Positions 10,094 through 20,279 of a DNA stretch of 64,000 nucleotides are shown here, in pieces. The DNA lies in assembly GCA_947503785.1 (NCBI GenBank), contig CANNFB010000013.1:780-64779 (forward strand), in the 5' to 3' direction. Both the position numbers and the translations under genes were made by a program. The first letter of the stretch is position 1. The number at the start of each line of letters is the position of its first letter. The notes beneath the pieces are model-generated. The model did no database searches. It was given only the letters and a program-made list of their open reading frames with translations, and was not told the origin of the DNA. The DNA comes from an uncultured Campylobacterales bacterium (GTDB lineage: Bacteria; Campylobacterota; Campylobacteria; Campylobacterales; Arcobacteraceae).

Positions 10094-12067
10094 TTAAAAT
10101 TCTATAACTTCTTCACCTGGATTTTCAGGTGGTATTTCTATCTCTATTTCAGGTAATGGAGATGTCTCTGTATAATATTCAATTTTTCCATTAATTTTTG
10201 ATGAATATACTTTTGTAGGTTTTATAAAACTTCTAGGTATTTCAGGATGTGATTCTAGATAGTTTTTATTAAAGTATGAAAATACAGGTGCTGCAATTTT
10301 ACCACCTGTTTCTGTTTTTCTCATTGGCTTATTATTATCATTACCAAACCAAACAATTGTCTGAATAGATGGAGAATATCCACAAAACCATGCATCTACA
10401 TTGTTATTTGTAGTTCCAGTTTTTCCTGCTAGTTCTATTCCCGCTACTTTTGCTCTTCTTGCTGTTCCCCTGTTTACTACATCTCTTAAAATTGATGTAA
10501 TTAAAAAAGTTTGCTCAGGAGTATTTACTTCTTTTGTTTTTGGTTCAAAAGTGATTGTTTCTCCTGCTTTATTTGTTATTTGCTCAATAATATAAGGTTT
10601 AACTTGTGTACCATTATTTGCAAAAACACTATAATATTCACTTAATTCAAGTAAAGTTACAGACATTGTTCCTAGTGTAATAGATAAGTCATTTGGTAAA
10701 TCTTTAAATCCATATGATTCTAAACCTTTGTACATAATATCTACACCTGTATCTGTTGCTAAATTTATTGTAGATAAATTTCTTGAAAATACTAGCGATT
10801 CTCTTAAATTAACAACACCTTTAAAATTACCACCATAGTTTTTTGGTTGCCATTTTTTATTTACTCCACCCACTTGATAGTCATAAGTTCTTGAAATATC
10901 AATAAGTTGTGAAGCTGGATTTAAGCCTTCATTTAAAGCTGTCTGATATAAAAATGGTTTTATTGCACTTCCAGGTTGTCTTTTTGATTGAACTGCTCTA
11001 TTAAACATTGATTTTTTATAATCAATTCCACCAACTAAGGCTAATATTTTACCTGTACTACTTTCAATTGAAACAACTGCTCCATTTAAACTTTTTATAT
11101 AAGAATCATCATTTGAGTTTTTAGAATTTTTTCTAAAGTTTAAATCTCTTTTAACTGCTTCCTCATGAGATAACCTTAATGCTTTTCTTGCAATTTCTTG
11201 TGCTTCTAAATCTATTGTTAACTTGATTTTGTATCCACCTGATTTAATATCTGGAATATCATCTTTTAATGTTTTTAATACATAGTCAATTATATAAGGA
11301 GCTTTATTTTTAGTTAATGTTTGCTTATATATTTTTGGTACTTCTTTTATTGCATCTTCATACTGATCTTTATTGATCCATCCTAATGTGTCTAATCTTG
11401 TAATTACTTGATTAGCTCGTGCTAATGATATTTTTAAATTTTTTGTTGGTGCATAAAAGCTAGGAGCTCTTGGAAGTCCTACTAGTATGGCCATCTCTTT
11501 TAATGATAATTCATATAAGTCTTTATTAAAATATCCACGTGCTGCTGTTCTAATACCATAGTACCCATGTCCAAAATAAACATGATTTAAATATCTCTCT
11601 AATATTTCTTCTTTTGTTAAAATTGTTTCAAGTCTAATAGCAAGTAGGGCTTCTTTAATCTTTCTGATTATTTTCTTCTCTCTTGATAAAACAAGCATTT
11701 TAATTAATTGTTGTGTTAATGTACTCGCACCTTCAACAAAAGCTCGTGCTTTAATATCTTTTATAATTGCTCGGCTAATTGCATCGGGATTTATTCCAAT
11801 ATGTTCAAAATACTGTGTATCTTCAATAGCAACTAATCCTTCAATAATTTTTGCAGGAATATCATCATATTTAACATATTCACGGTTCTCACCTACAAAA
11901 GTATTTGCTATTAGTACTCCATTCTTATCAAAAAATTGTGTACGTTGTTTTGGAGAATAATTAACAACCTTATAAACGTCATCTTTTATTTCGTCATATA
12001 ATACATATAACCATCCTAAAATAGCTAATCCTACAAGTAGAAAAAAACCAAAAATATATTTAAGCAT
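10094..12067 (-). CDS. mrcA: Class A penicillin-binding protein 1A
   Basis: Transglycosylase EDTQYFEH, GASTLTQQL, YLN; transpeptidase QPGSAIKP, SRN, GKTGT. Confidence 0.92.
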   Translation of the reverse strand: MLKYIFGFFLLVGLAILGWLYVLYDEIKDDVYKVVNYSPKQRTQFFDKNGVLIANTFVGENREYVKYDDIPAKIIEGLVAIEDTQYFEHIGINPDAISRAIIKDIKARAFVEGASTLTQQLIKMLVLSREKKIIRKIKEALLAIRLETILTKEEILERYLNHVYFGHGYYGIRTAARGYFNKDLYELSLKEMAILVGLPRAPSFYAPTKNLKISLARANQVITRLDTLGWINKDQYEDAIKEVPKIYKQTLTKNKAPYIIDYVLKTLKDDIPDIKSGGYKIKLTIDLEAQEIARKALRLSHEEAVKRDLNFRKNSKNSNDDSYIKSLNGAVVSIESSTGKILALVGGIDYKKSMFNRAVQSKRQPGSAIKPFLYQTALNEGLNPASQLIDISRTYDYQVGGVNKKWQPKNYGGNFKGVVNLRESLVFSRNLSTINLATDTGVDIMYKGLESYGFKDLPNDLSITLGTMSVTLLELSEYYSVFANNGTQVKPYIIEQITNKAGETITFEPKTKEVNTPEQTFLITSILRDVVNRGTARRAKVAGIELAGKTGTTNNNVDAWFCGYSPSIQTIVWFGNDNNKPMRKTETGGKIAAPVFSYFNKNYLESHPEIPRSFIKPTKVYSSKINGKIEYYTETSPLPEIEIEIPPENPGEEVIEF

Positions 12068-12068
12068 A

Positions 12069-12764
12069 TTATTTCCTAAAATCTTTATTTTTAAATGTTG
12101 AGTTAATTAATGTCTTCGTATAATCTTGCTTGGGGCTTGATAGAATATTATCAGTACTTCCCTGTTCAATTATAACTCCATCTTTTATTATAATTATATC
12201 TTTACAAATTTCTTTTACCGAATCAATATCATGAGTTACAAAAAGAACTAAAATATTTAATTCTTTTATTAATGAATTAATCAATTGAATTATATTATCT
12301 CTATTTTCAATATCCAATGCAGTTGTTGGCTCATCAAGTAATAAAAACTTAATTTCCTTACTTAATGCAATTGCAATTATTACTCTTTGAATTTGTCCAC
12401 CACTTAATTGACTAGGATATTTTTCTAAAACCCAAGTATCTAAATCTACAAGCTTTAATACTTCTTCTTTTTTTTTACTTGTACAGAAAAATTGCTTGTT
12501 GATTTTTGTCATAGGAGATAAAGAAGTAAAAGGATTTTGAGGAATAAATCCAATTGAATTAAAATCTAATATAAAATTAGATTTAATATCTTTTTCACAC
12601 TCAAGTGAACTGGGTAGTAAATTTAATAGAGCTTTTAGAGTTAATGATTTTCCACTACCACTTTGACCAATAAGAGCAGTGGCCTTTGATATCTTAAAAG
12701 ATATATTTACTAGCTCTTTTTCTTGGCTTTTTATATTTAGTTTTTGTATATCAATATTGAACAT
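12069..12764 (-). CDS. ABC transporter ATP-binding protein (Dpp/Opp/Nik-like)
   Basis: Walker A GQSGSGKS, IPQNP, LSGGQ, LLLDEPTTALD, VTHD. Confidence 0.88.
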   Translation of the reverse strand: MFNIDIQKLNIKSQEKELVNISFKISKATALIGQSGSGKSLTLKALLNLLPSSLECEKDIKSNFILDFNSIGFIPQNPFTSLSPMTKINKQFFCTSKKKEEVLKLVDLDTWVLEKYPSQLSGGQIQRVIIAIALSKEIKFLLLDEPTTALDIENRDNIIQLINSLIKELNILVLFVTHDIDSVKEICKDIIIIKDGVIIEQGSTDNILSSPKQDYTKTLINSTFKNKDFRK

Positions 12765-12770
12765 ATAAAA

Positions 12771-14252
12771 TTAACTTTTAATTAAAGTTTCATCCATTTC
12801 GCTAGGAATGTCTATATTCATAAGTTTTAATACAGTTGGAGCAATATTATTTAAGCTACCAACTTTTACTTCTTTAACTTTTGGTGACATTATAAAACAA
12901 TAAACATCTCCAACTGTATGATTAGTTAATGTATTGCCATTTTCATCTCTCATTCTTTCACAGTTTCCATGATCTGATGTTAATATAAGATTATATCCAT
13001 GTTCCTTTACTTTCTCTATTATTAAAGCTAGCTCTTTATCAACAGCTTCAACAGCTTTAATACTTGCATCAAAATCTCCAGTATGTCCAACCATATCTCC
13101 ATTTGCAAAGTTTACAACAATAAAATCAGTTTGATTATCCATAGCACTTCTTACATTTTCACCAACTTTTGGTGCTGACATTTCAGGTTGTAAATCATAA
13201 GTAGCTACATTTGGTGAAGGTGTCAAAACTCTAGTTTCATTTAAGAAAGGTTCTTCAATTCCGCCGTTAAAGAAAAATGTAACGTGTGCGTATTTCTCAG
13301 TCTCCGCTGTATGAAGTTGATTTAATCCAGCATTAGAAATCACTTCAGCTAAAGTATTCTTTGGGCTTGTCTTTGGAAATAAAATTGGTAATGGCATATT
13401 TTTATCATACTGAGTCATTGTTGCAATATTTAAGTTTTGAGCAAACTTTGGAAAATGTGAAAAGTTTTTATCTGCAAATACAGAAGAAATCTCTCTCATT
13501 CTATCTGATCTGAAGTTACAAAAAATTATTGAATCATTTTCTTTTAATCCAGTATATCCTTCAAAAGCAGTTGGAATAATAAATTCATCATAAACATCTT
13601 GTTTATATGAGTTCTCTACAAACTCTAAAGCTGATAAAGAAGTTTTAGGATGAGCTAGAGCAATTGAATCATGACCTTTTTGAACTCTATCCCATCTATT
13701 ATCTCTATCCATTGTATAGTATCTTCCAGCAATAGTTGCAATTTTTATATCTTCATCACAAATATCAACTATTTGTTTAATATATATATTAGCGCTATCT
13801 GGAGCTACATCTCTTCCATCTGTAATCACGTGAATGAAAACTTTTTTATTCTGTTCTTTGGCTATTTTCGCCATTGCTATAATATGATTTATATGAGAAT
13901 GTACTCCTCCATCACTTAACAATCCAAGTAAATGAATAGTATTTGATTTTTCTATGCAATCTTTTAAGACATTATTATCTTTTAATGTATTTTCTTCAAT
14001 GGCAATATTAATCTTTACTAAATCTTGATATAAAACTCTTCCTGAACCAATAGTCATATGACCAACTTCTGAATTTCCCATTTGTCCATTAGGTAACCCA
14101 ACATATTTTCCGTATGTGTGAATTAGTGAGTATGGAGTATTTTTAAATAAATTATCATATGTAGGAGTGACTGCTTGCGAAAATGCATTATAATCTGATG
14201 ATTCGTTATGTCCAATACCATCAGTAATAACAAGAATAGTTTTGTTTGTCAT
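12771..14252 (-). CDS. gpmI: 2,3-bisphosphoglycerate-independent phosphoglycerate mutase
   Basis: TDGIG, QMGNSEVGH, HVITDGRD, ETEKYAHVTFF, DMVGHTG, SDHGN. Confidence 0.98.
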   Translation of the reverse strand: MTNKTILVITDGIGHNESSDYNAFSQAVTPTYDNLFKNTPYSLIHTYGKYVGLPNGQMGNSEVGHMTIGSGRVLYQDLVKINIAIEENTLKDNNVLKDCIEKSNTIHLLGLLSDGGVHSHINHIIAMAKIAKEQNKKVFIHVITDGRDVAPDSANIYIKQIVDICDEDIKIATIAGRYYTMDRDNRWDRVQKGHDSIALAHPKTSLSALEFVENSYKQDVYDEFIIPTAFEGYTGLKENDSIIFCNFRSDRMREISSVFADKNFSHFPKFAQNLNIATMTQYDKNMPLPILFPKTSPKNTLAEVISNAGLNQLHTAETEKYAHVTFFFNGGIEEPFLNETRVLTPSPNVATYDLQPEMSAPKVGENVRSAMDNQTDFIVVNFANGDMVGHTGDFDASIKAVEAVDKELALIIEKVKEHGYNLILTSDHGNCERMRDENGNTLTNHTVGDVYCFIMSPKVKEVKVGSLNNIAPTVLKLMNIDIPSEMDETLIKS

Positions 14253-14314
14253 TGTTTAAACCTTTTAAAAAGTATAATATTATATAATCGCTGCAATTAT
14301 ATCAAAATGAAGGT

Positions 14315-15382
14315 TTGAGTTTGTTTTACTGGTTTTATAGACATCTAGACATTAATATTTTTCAATATATTTCAGTACGAGCTGGAATAAGTTTTATAAT
14401 TGCGTTTTTTTTAACAATGTATTTGATGCCTAAGTTCATTAAATGGGCAAAATCTAAAAATGCATCTCAACCTATATATGAACATGCACCTGATGGGCAT
14501 AAAGAAAAAGCAGGAACTCCTACTATGGGAGGAATGGTCTTTATCTTTGCAACTATAGTGGCAACTTTAGTATCTGCAAAACTAAATAACTTCTATATTA
14601 TAGGTGGACTTATAACTATTGGATTGTTTTCTTTAATAGGAATACAAGATGATTATTCAAAAATTTCTAAAAATGAGAATTCAGCTGGTTTAAGTGCAAG
14701 AGCAAAATTAGTATTACAGTTTATTTGTGCAGGTATTGTAGGTGCTGTTTTATACTATTTCTCACATACAAGTACTTTATATACACCGTTTTTTAAGTTG
14801 CCTCTATTTGATATGGGTATATTTTCTATTTTATTTTGGATGTTGGTTATGGTTGCAGCATCAAATGCAGTAAATTTAACAGATGGACTAGATGGACTTG
14901 CTACAGTTCCTTCAATTATGGCATTTTTTACTTTGTCAATATTAGTATATATTACAGGACATGCAATAATTTCATCATATCTTTTAGTGCCAAATATAAA
15001 AATTGCAGGTGAATTAGCAGTTATGGGGGCAGCAGTTGGTGGTTCCTTAATCGCTTTTCTTTGGTTTAATTCACATCCTGCAGAAGTATTTATGGGAGAT
15101 TCAGGGTCTCTTCCTCTTGGTGCTTTTATGGGTTATATGGCAATTGTTTCAAAATCAGAAATATTATTGGCAGTAATTGGATTTATCTTTGTATTAGAAA
15201 CTGTCTCTGTAATATTACAAGTGGGCTCTTATAAGCTTAGAAAAAAAAGAGTCTTTTTAATGGCTCCCATACATCATCATTTTGAACAAAAAGGCTGGAA
15301 AGAAAATAAAATTATTGTAAGGTTTTGGATTATTTCTTTTATGACTAATTTACTTGCTTTAATGAGCTTAAAAATACGATAA
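14315..15382 (+). CDS. mraY: Phospho-MurNAc-pentapeptide transferase MraY
   Basis: [40 protein letters not shown] start is 14315 or 14321. Confidence 0.97.
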   Translation: MSLFYWFYRHLDINIFQYISVRAGISFIIAFFLTMYLMPKFIKWAKSKNASQPIYEHAPDGHKEKAGTPTMGGMVFIFATIVATLVSAKLNNFYIIGGLITIGLFSLIGIQDDYSKISKNENSAGLSARAKLVLQFICAGIVGAVLYYFSHTSTLYTPFFKLPLFDMGIFSILFWMLVMVAASNAVNLTDGLDGLATVPSIMAFFTLSILVYITGHAIISSYLLVPNIKIAGELAVMGAAVGGSLIAFLWFNSHPAEVFMGDSGSLPLGAFMGYMAIVSKSEILLAVIGFIFVLETVSVILQVGSYKLRKKRVFLMAPIHHHFEQKGWKENKIIVRFWIISFMTNLLALMSLKIR

Positions 15383-15391
15383 AGAGTATAC

Positions 15392-16567
15392 ATGAATTTT
15401 AATGAACGAATAAGAGTATTAGGTAAGGGATTAACAGCACAAGCAATTAAAGATAAATTTCCAAATTCAATATTATATGATGATAAAGATTTTGAACTTT
15501 ATGATAAAAATTCAAACGAAAAAACAATTGTAAGTCCAGGAATTCCTCCACATAATGAAATGATTATAAGTGCAAACAATGTGCAAAGTGATTATGATTT
15601 ATTTGATGAGGTAATGCCTTTTTCAATTTGGATCTCTGGTACTAATGGCAAAACAACTACAACCCAAATGTGCCAGCATATATTAGCTACTTATGGTTCT
15701 GTATATGGAGGTAATATTGGAACTCCTCTTTCAAAACTTAGTTCCAAAGCTTCAATATGGATTTTAGAAACATCTTCTTTTACCTTACATTATACAAATA
15801 TTGCAAAACCAAATTTATATCTACTTCTTCCTATTTCAGAAGATCATATTACTTGGCATGGTTCTTTTAAAGAATATGAAGATGCAAAGTTAAAGCCTTT
15901 GTCTTTAATGCAAGAGGGTGAAATTGCAATAATTCCAGAAATTTATAAAGATTATAAAACAGATGCATATAAAATTACATATAAAAATAGTGATGATTTG
16001 TGTGATAAATTTGATATAGACAAAAATAAATTAAAATTTAAAGAACCTTTTTTATTGGATGCACTTTTAGCCCTGTGTTCTAAAAAAATCATTTTTGATG
16101 AAGTTGATTATAAAAGAATAAATACTTTTACAATTGATGAACATAAAGTTGAAGAATTTGTTGATAATAAAAACAGAATTTGGGTAAATGATTCAAAAGC
16201 TACAAATGTTGATGCAACAATTAATGCATTAGTACCATATAAAGATATGAATATTCATATAATTTTAGGTGGAGATGATAAAGGAGCTAATTTAATTCCA
16301 TTATTTGAAAACATTAAAAATTTAAATATAAAAGTTTATGCAATTGGAGCAAACAGTAAAAAAGTTGAAAATTATTGTAATAAATATAATATTGAAATAG
16401 AAAACTGTGAAATTTTAGAAAATGCAGTAAAAAAAATAAATGAAAACTTGAAGGAAAATAGTATAGGAATCCTCTCTCCTGCCGCTGCTTCTCTTGATCA
16501 ATTTAAATCTTATGCACAAAGAGGAAAAGAATTTAAAAGTTTAGTTAATAGTTTAAGTAAACTTTAA
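15392..16567 (+). CDS. murD: UDP-MurNAc-L-Ala-D-Glu ligase MurD
   Basis: SPGIP, GTNGKTTT, GGNIG, LETSSF, NDSKATN, LSPAAASLDQF. Confidence 0.95.
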   Translation: MNFNERIRVLGKGLTAQAIKDKFPNSILYDDKDFELYDKNSNEKTIVSPGIPPHNEMIISANNVQSDYDLFDEVMPFSIWISGTNGKTTTTQMCQHILATYGSVYGGNIGTPLSKLSSKASIWILETSSFTLHYTNIAKPNLYLLLPISEDHITWHGSFKEYEDAKLKPLSLMQEGEIAIIPEIYKDYKTDAYKITYKNSDDLCDKFDIDKNKLKFKEPFLLDALLALCSKKIIFDEVDYKRINTFTIDEHKVEEFVDNKNRIWVNDSKATNVDATINALVPYKDMNIHIILGGDDKGANLIPLFENIKNLNIKVYAIGANSKKVENYCNKYNIEIENCEILENAVKKINENLKENSIGILSPAAASLDQFKSYAQRGKEFKSLVNSLSKL

Positions 16568-16579
16568 TCAACCTATGTG

Positions 16580-16585
16580 TATACT
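16580..16585 (+). promoter_or_regulatory. -10 box (TATACT) for the tRNA cluster
   Basis: tgTATACT about 20 nt upstream of tRNA-Phe. Confidence 0.45.
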
Positions 16586-16605
16586 TCCACTCCAATTTAA
16601 GGAAT

Positions 16606-16681
16606 GGCGCGATAGCTCAGTCGGTAGAGCAAAGGATTGAAAATCCTTGTGTCGACAGTTCGATTCTGTCTCGAGCCACCA
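16606..16681 (+). tRNA. tRNA-Phe(GAA)
   Basis: Cloverleaf; anticodon arm AAGGA-TTGAAAA-TCCTT; T arm GACAG-TTCGATT-CTGTC; encoded CCA. Confidence 0.97.
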
Positions 16682-16692
16682 TTAAATTAGGC

Positions 16693-16770
16693 GCTGGTGT
16701 AGCTCAGCTTGGCTAGAGCAGCTGATTTGTAATCAGCAGGTCGGGGGTTCGAGTCCCTTCACCAGCTCCA
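16693..16770 (+). tRNA. tRNA-Thr(TGT)
   Basis: Acceptor GCTGGTG/CACCAGC; anticodon arm GCTGA-TTTGTAA-TCAGC; CCA end. Confidence 0.97.
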
Positions 16771-16829
16771 TTTTACATAGTGCATAATCTATATTAGAAT
16801 TAACACTAAACGAAACAATAATTTTCAAC

Positions 16830-16914
16830 GGGAAGGTTGGAGAGTGGTCAAATCCTGCGGATTGTAAATCCGCCGCCTACGGCTTCGAAGGTTCGAGTCC
16901 TTCTCTTCCCACCA
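16830..16914 (+). tRNA. tRNA-Tyr(GTA)
   Basis: Acceptor GGGAAGG/TCTTCCC; GCGGA-TTGTAAA-TCCGC; long variable arm; CCA end. Confidence 0.96.
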
Positions 16915-16925
16915 CTATAATGAGC

Positions 16926-17002
<77 letters not shown>

Positions 17003-17230
17003 TTAATTTATTGATTATTGGGAGCTTAGTTTTAAGCACAAATTTTATAACTCTTTATAAATTTTTATCCCACTAAGTTTTTTTTTAGTATTTATTTTAT
17101 ATAATACACGCACAAAAATTATAGATAGTAAAATATCTATATAATAATAACAAACTCCCCTCTGAATAGAGAAGCTACTGGGCTTATCTACTCAGAGGGC
17201 AATAACCTAAAAAATTAGAAGGAAAATTCT

Positions 17231-18439
17231 ATGGCAAAAGAAAAATTCGAACGAAGTAAACCGCACGTAAATATCGGGACAATCGGTCACGTAGATCATG
17301 GTAAAACTACATTAACAGCAGCAATCTCAGCAGTTTTAACAAACGCAATGGGTGGAACTATGATGGATTACGATCAAATCGATAATGCACCAGAAGAAAG
17401 AGAAAGAGGAATTACTATTGCTACTTCTCATATTGAATATGAAACAGCAACTAGACACTACGCTCACGTAGATTGTCCAGGTCACGCCGATTATGTTAAG
17501 AACATGATTACAGGTGCTGCACAAATGGATGGAGCTATCTTAGTTATCGCAGCTACTGATGGACCAATGGCACAAACTAGAGAGCATATCTTATTATCTA
17601 AGCAAGTAGGTGTTCCTTACATTGTTATCTTCATGAACAAAGAAGATCAATTAGATGAAGAAGATAAAGAAGAAATGTTAGAATTAGTTGAAATGGAAAT
17701 TAGAGAATTACTTTCTGATTACGATTTCCCAGGTGACGATACTCCAATCATCGCTGGATCTGCATTCCAAGCATTAGAAGAAGCAAAAGCTGGAAATAAC
17801 GGTGAATGGTCTGCTAAAATTATGGAATTAATGGATGCTGTTGATTCATACATCCCAACTCCAAAAAGAGATACTGAACAAGATTTCTTAATGCCTGTTG
17901 AAGATGTTTTCTCTATCTCAGGAAGAGGAACAGTTGTAACTGGTGCTATTTCTAAAGGTAGAATTAACTTAGGTGATCAAATTGAAATCGTAGGTTTAAA
18001 AGAAACTCAAACAACTACTGTAACTGGTGTTGAAATGTTTAGAAAAGAAATGGATTACGCTGAAGCTGGTGATAATGCTGGTATCTTAATTAGAGGTATT
18101 AAAAAAGAAGACGTTCAAAGAGGACAAGTTCTTATTAAGCCAGGAACAATTACTCCACATACTGAATTCAGATGTGAAGTGTATATTCTTTCTAAAGAAG
18201 AGGGTGGTAGACACACTCCATTCTTCTCAGGATACAGACCACAATTTTATGTTAGAACAACTGACGTAACTGGTTCTTGTACGCTTCCAGAAGGTACTGA
18301 AATGGTTATGCCTGGTGATAACGTTGAAATGACTGTAGCTTTAGTTGCTCCAATCGCTCTTGAAAAGGGAACAAAGTTCGCTATTAGAGAAGGTGGTAGA
18401 ACTGTTGGTGCTGGTGTTGTTGCTGAAATTATCAAGTAA
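17231..18439 (+). CDS. tuf: Elongation factor Tu
   Basis: [40 protein letters not shown]. Confidence 0.99.
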   Translation: MAKEKFERSKPHVNIGTIGHVDHGKTTLTAAISAVLTNAMGGTMMDYDQIDNAPEERERGITIATSHIEYETATRHYAHVDCPGHADYVKNMITGAAQMDGAILVIAATDGPMAQTREHILLSKQVGVPYIVIFMNKEDQLDEEDKEEMLELVEMEIRELLSDYDFPGDDTPIIAGSAFQALEEAKAGNNGEWSAKIMELMDAVDSYIPTPKRDTEQDFLMPVEDVFSISGRGTVVTGAISKGRINLGDQIEIVGLKETQTTTVTGVEMFRKEMDYAEAGDNAGILIRGIKKEDVQRGQVLIKPGTITPHTEFRCEVYILSKEEGGRHTPFFSGYRPQFYVRTTDVTGSCTLPEGTEMVMPGDNVEMTVALVAPIALEKGTKFAIREGGRTVGAGVVAEIIK

Positions 18440-18448
18440 GGATAAGAG

Positions 18449-18619
18449 ATGGCAACTGGATCAAGAATCAAAATAGGACTTAAATGTCAAGAGTGCGGTG
18501 ATATTAACTACACTACTATGAAAAACCCAAAGACTCATACTGAAAAGTTTGAGACTAAAAAATATAGTCCAAGATTAAAAAAACACACTTTACATAAAGA
18601 AGTGAAATTAAAATCATAA
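18449..18619 (+). CDS. rpmG: 50S ribosomal protein L33 (56 aa, not in ORF track)
   Basis: Translated by hand: [56 protein letters not shown]. Confidence 0.97.
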   Translation: MATGSRIKIGLKCQECGDINYTTMKNPKTHTEKFETKKYSPRLKKHTLHKEVKLKS

Positions 18620-18625
18620 GACTTT

Positions 18626-18654
18626 AGGAAGAAGCTTTTGCTTCTTCCTCTTTT
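18626..18654 (+). terminator. Intrinsic terminator-like hairpin after rpmG
   Basis: AGGAAGAAGC-TTTT-GCTTCTTCCT followed by CTTTT. Confidence 0.7.
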
Positions 18655-18660
18655 ATAAAT

Positions 18661-18736
18661 AGGTCAGTAGCTCCAATGGTAGAGCGCCGGATTCCAAATC
18701 CGACGGTTGTGGGTTCGAGTCCCTCCTGGCCTGCCA
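18661..18736 (+). tRNA. tRNA-Trp(CCA)
   Basis: Acceptor AGGTCAG/CTGGCCT; anticodon loop TTCCAAA; CCA end; usual position between rpmG and secE. Confidence 0.96.
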
Positions 18737-18949
18737 CTTTTATTAATAATCATATAAAATTACATACTTTCTGAATAAATATTACACTTAATCTTTTTAA
18801 TATATAAAACTATTTAATCTAAGCTAATATAAAGTTTTTTTAGATATAATTCCCGTCCTATTAATATACTTAAGAGTTTTTTTAAAAGTAGTTTCGACTC
18901 TTTTTAAAAGAATTTAAAAGCTTATTTAACTAAATACCTTGGAGTCCTT

Positions 18950-19132
18950 GTGAATAAATTAAAAACTTATTATAGAAATGCTAAAGAAGAACTGTTTAAA
19001 GTAATATTTCCTATAAAAGAACAAATAAGATCAGCATATTTATCTGTGTTTATTGTTGTTACTGTAATATCTTTATTTTTAGCATTAATTGACGCCATAA
19101 TGTCTGTAAGCTTATCTTCTATAATGAATTAA
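18950..19132 (+). CDS. secE: Preprotein translocase subunit SecE
   Basis: ELFKVIFP..EQ motif plus one TM; between tRNA-Trp and nusG; GGAG RBS with GTG start. Confidence 0.93.
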   Translation: MNKLKTYYRNAKEELFKVIFPIKEQIRSAYLSVFIVVTVISLFLALIDAIMSVSLSSIMN

Positions 19133-19143
19133 GGAATAGAATA

Positions 19144-19671
19144 ATGGCACATAAATGGTACGCAATTCAAACTTACTCTGGTAGTGAACTAACAGTAAAA
19201 AGAGCACTACTTCAATTATCAGAAGAAATGGCTGATGGTAGAATAGCAGAAGTTTTAGTTCCAACTGAAGATTTAATTGAAATTAAAAAGGGTAAAAAGT
19301 CTATTGTAGAAAGACCTTTATATCCAGCATATGCTTTTGCAAAAATTGAGCTAGATACTGAATTATGGCATGGAATACAAGCAATGCCTAAAGTTGGTAG
19401 ATTTATTGGTGAATCTAAAAAACCAACACCTTTATCTGAAAAAGATATTGCTGCAATTTTAGATAAAGTTAATAATAGAGCAGCTGCAAAACCAAAAGTA
19501 TCATTTGACGAAGGTGAAATGGTTAGAGTAAATGAAGGTCCATTTGCAAACTTTAACGGAATTGTTGAAGACTTTGATATGGCATCAGGAATGTTAAAAT
19601 TAAATGTTTCAATTTTTGGAAGAAATACTCCAGTTGAAATTTCATATTCACAAGTAGAAAGAGTAGTTTAA
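19144..19671 (+). CDS. nusG: Transcription factor NusG
   Basis: WYAIQTYSGSE, LYPAY, KOW domain GPFANF, VSIFGRNTPVE. Confidence 0.98.
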   Translation: MAHKWYAIQTYSGSELTVKRALLQLSEEMADGRIAEVLVPTEDLIEIKKGKKSIVERPLYPAYAFAKIELDTELWHGIQAMPKVGRFIGESKKPTPLSEKDIAAILDKVNNRAAAKPKVSFDEGEMVRVNEGPFANFNGIVEDFDMASGMLKLNVSIFGRNTPVEISYSQVERVV

Positions 19672-19771
19672 TTTACTCTTTTTAGGCATTAGGCAATAAA
19701 ACTTGCTTCTTACATAGTTTTATTCCCTAATGCCTAATCATTAAAAAATAATTAAAATAAAAAGGAATACT

Positions 19772-20197
19772 ATGGCAAAAAAAGTAAGTGGAAAACTTAA
19801 ATTACAAATACCTGCTGGTGCTGCAAACCCATCACCACCTGTTGGGCCTGCATTAGGTCAAAGAGGTATCAATATCATGGAATTCTGTAAAGCATTCAAT
19901 GAGAAGACAAAAGATAAAGCTGGATTTAACATCCCTGTAGAAATTACTGTTTATTCAGATAAAAGTTTTACATTTGAGTTAAAACAACCGCCAATGACTG
20001 ATTTAATTAAAAAAGTATCAGGAATTAAAAAAGGTTCAGATAATGCGCTTAAGAATAAAATTGGTTCATTAACAAAAGATCAAATTATGGAAATCGTTGA
20101 TATGAAAATCGCTGATTTAAATACTGATGACAAAGAACAAGCTGCAAAAATTGTTGCAGGAAGTGCTAGATCTATGGGAATAACAACAGAAATTTAG
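19772..20197 (+). CDS. rplK: 50S ribosomal protein L11
   Basis: [19 protein letters not shown]; GSARSMG. Confidence 0.99.
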   Translation: MAKKVSGKLKLQIPAGAANPSPPVGPALGQRGINIMEFCKAFNEKTKDKAGFNIPVEITVYSDKSFTFELKQPPMTDLIKKVSGIKKGSDNALKNKIGSLTKDQIMEIVDMKIADLNTDDKEQAAKIVAGSARSMGITTEI

Positions 20198-20279
20198 TAT
20201 TTAGTAAATTTTCTTAAGTCTAACCAGCAGACTTTATAAACGCTGGAAGCAAAAAAATAAAATATTGCGGAGAATTAAA

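Noticed and set aside
18449-18619. L33 has one CxxC and lacks the second pair (SPRL)
   Set aside because: Partial Zn-motif loss is common in Campylobacterota L33.
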